From Piromyces finnis finn (lineage: Eukaryota; Fungi; Neocallimastigomycota), in contig MCFH01000003.1 in the NCBI GenBank assembly GCA_002104945.1, positions 434,001-498,000 on the forward strand: a stretch of DNA of 64,000 nucleotides, read 5' to 3'. Numbering within the stretch: the stretch's first letter is position 1; every line of letters starts with the position of its first letter. Positions 22,801-36,103 of this stretch are shown piece by piece. A model generated the notes under the pieces. It worked only from the letters and a program-made list of their open reading frames with translations. It had not been told where the DNA came from and did not search any database. A program made the translations under genes and the position numbers.

Positions 22801-25402
22801 TTGTGGATGTAATCAATGAGCTTACGGTAGATTTTAATTCTTTTAATAAATTCATCTATATCATAAATTCTTTCTTTTTTAAATCTCTTATACAACTTCA
22901 TTTTGATTTTTTGGAGATTAAAAATTTGTTGTGAAATATGAAATGAAGACTTTATAACATTATTTGCTGAGGTAATACTGAGCTCGTCTGCAATTGAAAA
23001 AGCAGTTGAAGTAAATTCTTTGGAAAGTTCATCTGTAGAAACATTAGGATCGTTGAATTTTGCTGAAAGTATTTGGAATTTATTATGACTGAGAATAGAT
23101 TCCTTTTCCTCATACATTTTAATCTATTCCATTTCAGAATTTTCTTAGGAACGTTAAAGTCATTAGAAAAATCTTCCATAGGAATAATTTTACCATTAAT
23201 AAGAAGTGGCTTATGGTCTGATACAGGATAAAAATTATTTATAAATGATCCTGAGTGAATAAGATCTTTCATCTTCGAATTGATAAGAGCATGGTCAATG
23301 TCGGAAGATTGATCACCTCGAGTCCAAGAGATAGTAGACCCTCTAAGCGGAAGAATTTCCCAATCTCCTAATCCATTAGTTGATAACCAGTTGGATAATT
23401 TTACTTTAGACATATTAAAATCACCAACAAGAATCGATGGATGGGATGAATGAGTTTGTAACCACAAGCGAACTTCTAACTTTGCATGATCAACATAGAT
23501 GTTGTGATGACTATGAGGCATATAAACATTTCCAATCGAGCATTTGAATCTATTCCAGAGACTAAAAGTATAAATAGAAATAATATACTTTCCAGAGAAG
23601 TTTTCAAGTGAGGCTTGACACGAATTGTGAAAACCTAAATATAAACCTCTCATTCCCGGAACTGATTCGTCAGCTTTCTTGAAAAAGTGTCTATAGTTTC
23701 GCAAAGTAACACGACAAGGATAATCTGTATTCGAACCAGAACCATTACCAGTTTCTTGGAAACATAAGAATAATGGTTTGAAAATAGCTGTGAAATAGCT
23801 AATACTATCCTCTTTTCATGATTCCACCCATTGGTGTTCCAACTAAGACAAAAAGAAAAGTTATCAGGCTTGTTGGATGAGGAAGAATCGTTGCTATTAT
23901 TATTATTATTAAAGTCATCGTTATTAATGGATGATGCATCAGAGGAATAAGTAGAACTATTACTAGATGGCTGTGAAACTGAAGAACTATCAACTATTGA
24001 ACTGTTATCAGAGTTGATAGAACTATTAGAATTAATTGTTGAATGTTGAGATTGAAATTGTGTTTGCTGTAGATCTGGAATATTTTCATGATGGGAAACT
24101 TGTTGAAGATCCTGTTGAAGATCTTGTTGAAGATCGGATTGTTGATGAGATTGTTGAACTGATTGTTGAAATGATTGTTGAATAGAATGTTGATGTTTAT
24201 TAGAAACTAAAATTTTACGTTTGAGAGTGGAAAAAGTGTATTTGTGATTCCTTCTACTACGAGCTGAAAAGGAAATTGAGGTAACTGAAAGTTTCTTCTT
24301 TAACATGTGTAAGATTTTAATACAATCTTTTGATGAACCATGAACCTTGACTAAGAAAAAGTGATCATTGAAAGTTTGAAAATATTTAACACTAATAACT
24401 GAATTAAATTTATCTTCTAGAATAACCTCGAGTTTTTCCCATAGCATATTTACTGACCATGATCGAATACCACGGATAAAGAAGGAGCGAATATCATCTA
24501 AGGGGATACCATAAGACCGGGTACCACGTCTGATATAATTCTTATCTTTAATATAAAGGACTGACATGATAATAAATTCTAATTAAAAAATATTGAATAT
24601 AAAATAAATACTAATAAAAATTACAAATATAACGTATATGGAAAAAAATCTGTCTCTCTCTCTCTTCTTAAAAGTACTGGATAGTACAAAAATTGTTACG
24701 ATGCTTTGTTTAAAGTTTCTTTTTTTTGAATTCTAGTTGTAAATTTTCTTTAAAAATTCTAGTTTTGGTTTGTTGTTAGTAAATTCGATTCGCTTTTTGA
24801 CACTAAACTTGTTTGACTTTACTTTTCATTAAATATTTAAATTGGTAAAAAATTTGAATCAAGAATGTCGACACCAGAAAGCTTGTGAATAGTATTTTTA
24901 CATGATGTAGAGTGAATCAGTCTCTTACAAGAAACAATACAACAATAGCTACATGAATATAAAAGTACAATGCAAATGCTAAAGTTGACTACATTGGATT
25001 CTTACAAGAGAAGAGTAGTACTACATGAATACATGAATAAAAGAAAAAATACAGCAACAAAATGTATTACTCTTCTAATTAAATACTATACAAACTTACC
25101 TGAAAAATCAAACATTCACTTATTCATCAAATACTTAAATTTGATGAATAAAATGTTTTTTAATCGCTCAGTACCATGAGCTTAGTCTTAATAATTTTCC
25201 CTTAAAGACTAACCAAGCATCCATTGCGCAATGCTTGGATTTAATTCTTTCTACTCTCTCAGTACCATGAGCATGAGTAGACCCCCTTGAGAAATTACAT
25301 TTATTAAATAAATGAAGGCACATTCCTAAGAGGGCACCAAGCATCCATTGCGCAATACTTGGATTTAATTCTTTCTACTCTCTCAGTACCATGAGCATGA
25401 GT

Positions 25403-25451
<49 letters not shown>

Positions 25452-26405
25452 GGCATCAAATATTTTAAACTTTATTATTAATTTAATTAAAATTATAATA
25501 CATGTAATAAAAAATTAAAAAATAAAAATAAAAATAAAAAAAAATATGTTTAAATAAACACAAATGAATAAAAATTGGGTATAATGTATTCTAGTAATTT
25601 TAATTAAAGTAAGAAAGCCACTATCATACTAAAGTATAATAATTGTATTTGATTTCCAATGGGACACCGAGCCAAAGATCAAAATTTTGTCATGGAACAA
25701 AATTATGATCTCCATTGGTTGCGCTGGCCCTCCTGGCCTGTCTTACTGTTTCTTCAGCATTGACGCTCTTGGATGTTGCTTCAAACCTTTTGAACATTGT
25801 CCATTGCTGGCCAATAGCAAAAGGCATGATTTTGGTTAGAAGTTCCGCGGTTACCGTCAAGAATGGTGTTCCTTCGTTAGTATCAGATTGAATCTGACGC
25901 TTACAAAGTTCTTTCCATTCCCTTGAATTGTAATTAATATTGTTAAAACTTCTTCCCCCAAGAAGGAATTTAAATATTTTACTGTACACACTAGAATAAT
26001 CATACACATTAATATTCACCGGATTATTAGAACTATTACTATCATTAACTAAATTACTATCTAAATTAGAATTATTATCTTCACTATTGCTATCATTACT
26101 AATATTATTATTTCTATTATTGTTATTATTACTATTGTTACTATTACTATTGTTACTATTACTATTGTTATTACTACTATTGTTACTATTACTATTAATG
26201 TTATTACTATCTCTACTGATATTATCAATTTCATTATTATTGATAGGACTATTGGAATTACGTTGACTGAAAAAATTTAATAGCTGAACTATGGAATCAT
26301 AATGTTTAATACGGATATCTCTAAATGTTGGACAATCTAAAGCATGAGTAGACCCCCTTGAGAAACTACATTTATTAAATAAATGAAGGCACGTTCCCAA
26401 GAGGG
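19736..26405 (-). mobile_element. Copy E5, full length with about 7 short deletions in the ORF; its 5' repeat is interrupted by E6
   Basis: 81-nt poly(T) 19736-19816, ORF fragments spanning about 20052-24567, 5'UTR to 25405, and terminal part at 26341-26405. Confidence 0.93.
25406..26340 (-). mobile_element. Copy E6, 0.93-kb 5'-truncated, nested in the outer 5' repeat of E5
   Basis: Poly(T) 25406-25448. Perfect 12-bp TSD agcatgagtaga at 25394-25405 and 26341-26352. Confidence 0.95.
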
Positions 26406-26423
26406 AGGGAAACTGAAATGACT
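26405..26423. repeat. Right copy of the 19-bp target-site duplication
   Basis: gagggaaactgaaatgact, followed by unique genomic DNA; matches 881-899. Confidence 0.8.
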
Positions 26424-26941
26424 ATCTTATAAACCGCCTTTATATTTACCTTCTTTTCTTTACTCTTTAAAAAAAAAAAAAATCTACAAAACCAAATTTA
26501 TATTTTAAAAATAATAAAAAATATAACCACTTTAGACAATACTAATTTTAATTTTTTTAAAAGAATAAAATATAAATGAAATATTAAAAAATTCAAACTA
26601 AAAAGGAATAATTTTTTAGATTTATTTTTTTTTAATTATATTTATTTTATTATTTATTTTTTTTAAAACTTTCTTTTTTTCCCTCTTCAAATAAAAATTT
26701 TTATTTATTATTATATGTATGTGTTTTTATTTATTGATATTTTTATGTTTTATTTATTCTCTTTTTATTTTTATGTTTTAATTGTTATTATTATTATGTG
26801 TTTTATTTTTATTAATTTTATTATATATATATATTTTTATAAAAAGTTAAAAAAAAATATTTTTCGGCTTTTTTTTCTTTTTTCTTCAAAATTACAAAAA
26901 AAAAAAAGAATATTATAAATTAGGAGTGGCTAATAAATAAT

Positions 26942-28915
26942 CTAGTTTTCAATCTTGATCTTAATACCGTTTTCCTTAGCTAAACCAACAACGTTAGCGA
27001 GTTGGACAACCTTCTTAGCGGCCTTGTCAAGATCGTCAATAGCGTATAAGGAGAGACCGGAGTTCTTGATAAGTTCTCTGGCTTCTTCGACCTTAGTACC
27101 TTGGAGACGGACAACAAGTGGGATTTCAAGACCGAGTTCCTTAACGGCTTGGATAACACCTTCAGCGACGATATCACATCTCATGATACCACCGAAAATG
27201 TTAACAAGGATAGCGGAAACAGCGCTATCGGAAGAAATGATCTTGAAGGCTTCCTTAACTTGCTTAGCAGTAGCAGAACCACCGACATCAAGGAAGTTAG
27301 CTGGAATACCACCGTTAAGCTTGATGATATCCATAGTAGCCATAGCAAGACCGGCACCGTTGACAAGACAACCAATGTTACCTTCCATACCGACGTAGTT
27401 AAGGTTCCACTTGGCAGCAGCAACTTCTCTTGGATCTTCTTGAGTGGTATCACGGAGGGAGAAGATACCCTTTTGCTTGTAGGAAGCGTTATCATCGAAA
27501 CCGAACTTAGCATCCATACAGACAACTTCACCGTTGTTGTTTTCAGCCATTGGGTTGATTTCAACCATAGTGGCATCCTTTTCAATGAAGATCTTGTAGA
27601 GCTTTAAGAAAGTGTCAGCAGCTTGTGGAACACACTTTTCAGTGAAACCCATCTTCTTAGCGGTATCAAGGGCAATTTCCTTAGTAAGACCAGTCTTAAT
27701 GCTGAATGGAACAGTGATGATAGCATCTGGGTTAGTCTTGGCAACTTCTTCAATTTCAACACCACCTTCAGAGGAAGCAACAAGAACTGGACCACGAGTG
27801 GCACGATCTAAGAGGATAGCGAAGTAGTATTCACGACGAGCGTATTGACGTTCGACAACGTAAACCTATTATTTAAAAAATTACATTTAAACATTTAGCA
27901 TTTAATTTTAAATTTAATTACTTTTTAAAAGCAATTAATACTTACAGCGTTACATTCTCTACCAGCAGCACCAGTTTGCTTGGTGATGAGCTTGTGACCT
28001 AACATCTTAGAGGCGTATTCCTTAACTTGTTCTGGACTATTTAATTTATAATTTATATAATTTTAGTTTGGGATTAATAAATAAATTATTTATAATTTAA
28101 ATGTTTAAAACTTACGTGTAGCAGAGCTTGACACCACCTTGGAGACCAGAATCGAAGTGACCCTTACCACGACCACCAGCAAGAACTTGGGCCTTGATAA
28201 CTAAATCTTCAGTGTTGAGCTTCTTGGCAGCTTGGAAAGCTTCTTCAGCGGTCTTGGCAACAATACCCTTTGGGGCGTTGACGTTGTATTCGTGAAGAAG
28301 GTTCATGGAGCAGTATTCATGAACAGAGAGGAAACGCTTTTGGGCGGTTTGGGCAATGGAAGCCTTTAAAATATTATTATATAAATATTTATAATTTAAT
28401 TTATTAAACTTATAAAGTACAATATCTATAAAATTACTTTTTTTCTTATTTTTAAAATATTCTATTTCTTTAATCTTTAAAATTTACTGTTTTTTTTTTT
28501 GTTTTTGTTTTCTTTTTTTTCTTTTTTTTTTACTAATTTAATCTCTAAATATTTTATTTCATAATTAAAAATATCCATAATTTTTTTCAAAAAAAATTAC
28601 TTATTATTATTTTTAATTAATAACAATTTTTTATATTCTTTATTTTAAATTTTCATATTTCTTTATACTTTCTCAATTCCATATTATTTTGTCTCATTTT
28701 TTTCATTTTCAATTTTAAAATACATTTTACTATTGATTATTATGAGTTTTATTATTTATTTCTTCTTTCATTTTTATTTTGCTTCTATATGTATTAATAT
28801 ACAAAATATAGAACAATATAAAAATTTAAAATTTTAAATTATTTTCTTTTTCTTTATTAATACTTACTAAAGCTGGGGCAGCCTTAGAAGTTGAACGAGT
28901 AACGTTAGCAATCAT
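26942..28915 (-). CDS. scsB: Hydrogenosomal succinyl-CoA synthetase beta subunit, 4 exons, about 436 aa
   Basis: Exons 28915-28868, 28363-28116, 28036-27946 and 27865-26942 with GT-AG introns total 1311 nt in frame. Presequence [27 protein letters not shown], then [54 protein letters not shown]. Confidence 0.96.
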
Positions 28916-31900
28916 TTTGTATTTAATTTATAAAAAATTAAAGATCTCTAAAATTATTTAATAATAATTAGAAAATTTTTGGAGTGAAAAAAAAAAGTAA
29001 AATTTATTCAAAATTTTCTTTTATTTGAAATTATTTTCCAAAATTGAATGGACAAATTAAAAATCGAGGTAGCGAATAAATCAAAAATTTTATACCATAT
29101 ATTACTATCTATTGGAATATATGTAAATAGAAATATATATTAAAAACATAATAAATTTTAATATATTATATTATATGTATAATACAAAAAACTTCTAATT
29201 AATTTCAATTTTATTCAATTTATTAAAAACATTAATATATGCAAATAACATTAATTATATATTTTAATATAATTAATATATAGTCAATAATAAATCTATA
29301 GCTAAAAATTTTATTATTTATTTATGATAATAAATTGAATAGAAAGTAATATCAATATCAAATCATTTTCTAAAAATAACTATTTATTACATCAATAGTA
29401 AAAAAAAAAATTTATTAATATATAGTATATTATTTTATTAAATTTATATATAATATTATATATATTAAAATACATTAGGATATTATTTTTTTATATTATT
29501 TAAAAGTTCATCCTATATATATTGAATAAATATATTATACATATAATATATAAAAAAATACATTAATCCTTTTTAACGAAAATGATTAATATATCATAAT
29601 AATAATTAGTATGAAATATAATATACAATATAATTTTATTAAATTGTTTTATATATTAATAATATATTATAATAAGAAAAAAAGAGAATATCTTTTTTCT
29701 TCCCTTAGATTCTAAATACTAAATGAAATCATAGATTTTTTTTTTATTATTAAAAATAATAAAATAATTATAATACTATGAATATACTGGTATTCATTTG
29801 ATAATAATAATTATAATAATTATAGAAAAAAGTGACATTCGTATAATTATTCTTTGCAAATATCATGAAAAATGATACAAAATGACATTCTAAAAAAAAA
29901 GTAATCTTTCAATCTTATTTAAAAAACTGCTTTATTTTAGTAAAAGAATAAATGCTATGGATTTGTCATAACGAATTATGAGCTTTTTTTATACTAGTAT
30001 ATTTTATCATATTATTGTTTTATTCCATAAGCTAGTTTAGTTATATATGCATTTTTAAATAAATTTCTCAACCAATTTTATACTCATGACTAATATAAAA
30101 TAATTATATTATTACTACTTCACCTAGAATTATTATTACTTTGGTGGTTATTTCCTGGTGAAATGTAATGTATAATACATAATCAAATAATGTTAAGATA
30201 TATTAATTAAATAAAAGATATCTACTATGGATGAGGGATTTTTTTGATTTGTAAAATTAATTATCCACTTACTTATTTTAATTTATATATTTGGTATATA
30301 TTAAAATATATTATGTAATATATTATATAATATATTAATTGAAAATATATATTAAATTTACTGGAATGTATTTATACATTAATCTAAAAAAAAAGTGTGA
30401 AGATGACTTATATAGTTCTTTTTTTTATAATACAATGATGTTAAAGTAATAAAAATTGCATAAATATGATATAGAATAAAAAAAAATATTACTGTATAAA
30501 TAAAAGAATATTTTTATTTAAACATTAGTTGTATCAAGCTTTGCCATTATTTCATCATTTAAACTGTTACTATATACTTTTCGTCATTAATAAATCATCT
30601 ACATAAATGTGTAAAATGATTACAATACATTATAATGTACATTGCATGTTACAAACATTTTTCAAATAAATTAAATAGGAATTGGAGAGAATTGCTTAAA
30701 TTTACGTATTATATAGATAATGTTTAGCTATTAGCAACACGCACAGCAAAATATTAATTATAGATCAGAATAATAATTAAATGAAAGGATTAGAACATGT
30801 ACTTGATGAACTATACATGAAAAAAACTAAAGAATAGGAATTAATATGATATATAAAATAATATGTTTTATTATATTAATTATATTGAAAAATAGTATTC
30901 TAATATATTATAATAATACATTGATCAATGAAAAAAAAATTTAACCAAAAAAATAATGTACAAGCAATTTTCATAATAAATTATATTCTATAAAATATTT
31001 TGAATTTTATTGGATGGAAAGTTGGATGAATTTTTATGAAAATTTAATTACGTATTGAAATATATTAATATATTACTATAAACTAATATATTTGAGTATG
31101 AAATTAAATTTATATATAGCGCAAAAAATAATATATTAATGTAGACTTTGATAGTACATAATATATTAAACTATTATTCTATTACTTATTAAATGGAAAT
31201 TTAATAGAACTTTTTATTTCATATGTATACAATCATATATATTATAAATTAATATTACCATAAAAATCATTTCAATAATAGTATATTAATACTATATATT
31301 ACATTATACATAAATATATTATAAATTCTACTTTATTGAACTATAAAAAATGTATGAATTTAATATTACTATTTTAGATAAATTAACCTTGTACTAAACT
31401 TATATATCAAAATACCATATATAAAAATTGAAAGTATAATATACTAATAATATATGTATAATAAATGATGATTAAATTACTTGCTTGCATTTGCTTGCTT
31501 ATTTATTTATTACCTGAATAATACATACAACCTACTACTAAATGTAATAAATATAATTGAATAGCACATTGATTATATTAATAATATATATAATCTTTAT
31601 TAAAATTTATATAATACACTGCTAAAAAAAAATAGTATTAAATTAAAAATTACGTCAGTAAAATAATACAATACATTAAAAATTTGTAGATAAAATGGTA
31701 ACTAGGAAAAGGAAAGGTTGTAAAAGGTTTATGGTGAATATGAGGGAAAGAAAATAAAATATAAATATTATACTCTTAAATTTTTATTAAATAAGGTATT
31801 AACGATAAATAATAAAAACCATAAAAATTAATGGTGTTGACCTATTATCTACACCCTTTTCTTAATAAAGTGGTTCTTTAAAAAAAAAAAAAAAAGTCAG

Positions 31901-33349
31901 ATCTAACAAATAATAAAATGAAAAAATAAAAAACAAAAATGAGCTATTAAATTTTTTATTAAAAATAAATATTTATTTAATTATTCATTTGTTCATTTAT
32001 TTATTTAATAAATTTATTTAATTAATTATAAATTCATTAATTTATTAAATATTGAAATGATAGAAATATGATCTAGGATGTATATATATTTTTGAATATA
32101 TTAATAATATATTATTAATATACAATTTTTATTTTTTTGTAATTCCGATTAAATCCGGAGTTTTCAAAGCCTTAATTTTTATTGGCTAATTTGCAAATAT
32201 TAATTCATGAATCTTCCATCCAAATAATTTTTTTTATGATAAAAAATGCTAAAAAATAATAAATTGTTGATTAAAAATTTATTTTTTTCACTTTTACATA
32301 AAAGGATAAACTTTTTTAAAGATAAATATTATTATATTGTTTTTGTACATTCAAATACATTATTTTATATATGTTGTATCTCATAAATAACGAATCAAAT
32401 GAAAGAAAAAAGTAATAATAACATCATCCATTTTTAAAAATTTGGAAATACATATAAAATCATCCATGGAATCACTCTTACATTAGTAAGCATAATGTAT
32501 CATAAAATGTACATTAATGTAAAAAGAGAATGAAGAAATTTTATGGTATTTTAATTATGTAATATAATAATAATGATAGTAGTAAAAACATTTATTATGA
32601 AATTAAACAATTACAAAAGTATATAAAAAGATGGTGTGTGTTGTATGGGTAAATTGAGGTTGTCATTTCAAATATAATAATCATTTGTTTTTTAAACCTT
32701 ATTGAAAATACCAAAATAGATATTTTTAACAAAAAAGAAAATAATATATAGATTCAAAAAATTGTAAAGATACTTTATAAATAAAATGTCATTAAATCAT
32801 AATTTAATTAAATATAATTACAGAAAAGAAAGAATAAAAATAATAGTAGTAATAATAATTTTAAAGGGTTATTTATCCAATTATCAAGATAAAAGTTTTT
32901 CAATTTATAGGTATATTATTTAAAATGTCATTATTGTTGTCATTATTATCATCATTTCCTTATTAAATTATAATAATTTGAAACTGTTATTTAATACATA
33001 TATATTTATTCTCTCCCAATCATAAAATTATTATCAATTATAAATGATAATATTTTTATTTTTCTTTATTTAAAATGTTTTAACGTTTGTTACTATTTAC
33101 AATAAGATAAAGGTTTGTTTTTTAAATATATGTATATGGGTGTGTTCTATATATAAGTTATTTTGGTTCAGATAATAGATAATATGAATAAAAAAATAGT
33201 ATCTTTAATAATTACTATAAAAATTCATTTGTGATAAACCATTATTTAAAATGATTTTACTTTTATTATTATTGTTGTTATTGATTTAGCATATTTTGCA
33301 TATGAGGAAAGAGAATTTATTATTTATCGTGATTTTCTCCTTTCTCGGT

Positions 33350-34372
33350 TTACTTTCCTGAAGAATTAAATTTAACATTAATGACATGTACATTTGTTTT
33401 AGGATCAGGTATTGCTTCTATGCTTCTAATACGAGCTGGAGGTACACCATTATCAACAATTAATTTATAAGTAGCATCTTCGAGTGCTTTCTTAAATTTT
33501 TCTGACTGTTTGTTAGCATTTTTACGAATATTACTGTTATAAAAAGCGACTAAATTACTACGACGGATACAACCATTGATAATAATATTGACTTTTGAAT
33601 CTTCATAAATTTCAAATAAATGATGTTTTCCTTTACAAGAAACGCTATTAACCGTTTTGTTTAAAACACATAAATTTTGGAATTCAGAAGCACCACCTTT
33701 TATTCTGGAGAGAGGGAAAATATGATCAATATGACAAACAAATGAACTATTCACGCTATTTCCCATGTACTGTTTAAAAACCATACAGCCTAATACATCC
33801 CAAACAGCATCCGGAAATTGAATTACACCACACTGACATTCAAATTCAACCTTTGGTGCATAATCCTTGACAGCTGTTTTTAGTTGATTATACCATTTAT
33901 CTTGATAGGAAGGACGAGGATTATCATATGTTTTAGTTCCTTTTAATAAATAATCATCGTTCATTTGACATATATCCTCATAACATTTTTGACGGAAATT
34001 GGAATCCACTAACCATTTTTCCATAAAATCTAAATTTCTAACTTGATTTGAAATTTCAATATACTTATAAAGTTGATAAATGGGGTGAGAAACAACATCA
34101 CCAAAATAAAAAAATGGAATTTTTTTAATGTCTTCTAAACGTTTCATAGTGGCATTGATATCAACAGTTTCTTTCTTTATTTTTTTTTTATATTTTTTTA
34201 ATTTTTTACTTTTTTTTATGGGACCAATGGTGGATAATAATTTATCAAACAAAATTTTAATTATATTCTTTTCTTTTTCTTCCTCTCTACCACCATCATT
34301 ACTGCCATACGCATTGGGTATATAAATTTCATATGATGGATTATTATTTACTTGATCTTTATTAACTTTCAT
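33350..34372 (-). CDS. Intronless 340-aa protein with an HNH (beta-beta-alpha-Me) endonuclease motif
   Basis: HIDHIFPLSRIKGGASEFQNLCVLNKTVN at about 33650-33735 matches the HNH signature (H-x-DH...P...GG...NL..L...N). The frame stays open about 29 codons upstream of the ATG, so the true start is uncertain. Confidence 0.75.
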   Translation of the reverse strand: MKVNKDQVNNNPSYEIYIPNAYGSNDGGREEEKEKNIIKILFDKLLSTIGPIKKSKKLKKYKKKIKKETVDINATMKRLEDIKKIPFFYFGDVVSHPIYQLYKYIEISNQVRNLDFMEKWLVDSNFRQKCYEDICQMNDDYLLKGTKTYDNPRPSYQDKWYNQLKTAVKDYAPKVEFECQCGVIQFPDAVWDVLGCMVFKQYMGNSVNSSFVCHIDHIFPLSRIKGGASEFQNLCVLNKTVNSVSCKGKHHLFEIYEDSKVNIIINGCIRRSNLVAFYNSNIRKNANKQSEKFKKALEDATYKLIVDNGVPPARIRSIEAIPDPKTNVHVINVKFNSSGK

Positions 34373-36103
34373 TTTATTTTTTGATCTTTTTGTTTTTCCT
34401 TTAAAGTCTTTTAATAAAAAAGTTTTTTCTTTTTGATTTCTTTCCTTCTCTTTTGACCTTTACGTAATAATAGATATGTTTTATGTTGAGATGGAATAAT
34501 AATTTAATATAAAATGTATTTATTGTATTTATTAAAATAACAGGTTTAATAAAAATAAAAATAATAAAAGAATAGAATAATAATAGTAATATATATGTTA
34601 GAAACGGATACTATATATTAAGTTTCAAAATTTTATAAATGTACTTTAAATTCTTTAAAAAAGTATAGCTTTCTTTTTCATTCCTATTTATATCTATATT
34701 TCTCATTAAAATATTGATATTTGTTTTAAACAATAAATTTTCAAATAGAATCTCACTACTACTACTTGAAAAGTTCTCACTTCTATCATTCCACTGAAAA
34801 AAAAGCATTGCTTACTTTTAAAATATATATAATAATGAAGGAAGAAAGAAAGAAAGAAAGAAAGAAGAAAAAAAAACTTTATATTATTATGTTAAGTATT
34901 GATTATCTAATTATTTATTTATTTACTAGTTAATAAATAAAACTATATCTTTTTTCTCTTTTTCATTCATAATTTATTATAACGTATTTATGGTTGAATA
35001 GTATTCCTTATAAATTATAATAAAATTAGTATTTATATTCTTGTTTGTTTGTTTTCTTTCTTTTTTTTTTTAACATTTATATTCCTTATTATAAACGTTT
35101 TCAACCTCTAATGTATAACTCAAAAAGGGAGAAATATAAAACCTTTTAATAACACAATATATATTTTTAATAAATACCTTTATATTATATTTTAATATTC
35201 TCTCTTCTTATCTATGATGTTTTGTTTTACTTGTTTTACGTTTAAAAGTGAAATAAATTTCTTTTAAATATATTTTTTTTTCTAAATACCATAATTTAAT
35301 GGATGTGTTTTTAGTATTTTCGTTTTAATTTGAATTGGTTAACAAAAGTGGTAATAGAGTTTTCTATACCAAATATAATAATAACGTGGTGTAAAAAGCT
35401 TTAAAAATTAAATTTTAATTATTTATTTTTTAAAAAAAAAATAGTTTATAACTGAATAGCCAATAAAATTATTTTCCATAATTAAATTATTTGACATGTA
35501 ATGATTAAATTTTTAATTTTTATTTAATTAATTATAAACTTATTCATTTACTTTTTATTTATTAATAATTATTTTAAATTTAAAAGGATTAAAATTTGAA
35601 TATTTTTTTTTTCTTTAATAAAAAAAATACTAAACTTTTAATAGTCGTTTATTATTAAATAAAAAAAAAAAAAAACGACCTTTTTATACCTTAAATATAT
35701 TGTTATTTAAAAGGAAAAAACTTGTAAAAAAAGTAAAAGAAAAGAAAATTTATATAATACATAAATGAGAATTCAATAGAATTAAATGTATTATACATAA
35801 ATAACAAATATAAAAAAAAAAAAAAAAAAAAACAATTAATTTATATTAAAAAAAATAATACTAATAATAAATAAAATATTCTAACAAGAAAGGAATATAT
35901 AAGCAAAGATAATTTAAAATTATATAATAATTTAATAAAAAATAAATATAATGTCAAGGTTTTTAAAAAATAAAAAGGTTATATTATTACTTTTTATTTT
36001 TTATTTTATACATAATACACTAATTCTATGTAAAGGTTTGTAATATTTTTTTTTAAAAAAAAAAAAAAAATTATTTATTTATTATTTATTATTTTCATAA
36101 TAT

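Noticed and set aside
25690-26400. 236-aa ORF with a novel N-terminus
   Set aside because: Chance fusion of the E5 5' repeat to the truncated E6 ORF across the TSD.
26955-27827. Overlapping ORFs on both strands of scsB
   Set aside because: By-products of strong codon bias, which leaves few stops in other frames.
28950-33340. 4.4-kb region without ORFs
   Set aside because: Extreme AT-rich intergenic DNA is normal for this lineage; no terminal repeats, RNA genes or convincing pseudogene seen.
34611-34808. 65-aa ORF as an upstream exon of the HNH gene
   Set aside because: The only donor/acceptor pair I found would create a TAG at the junction; low complexity.
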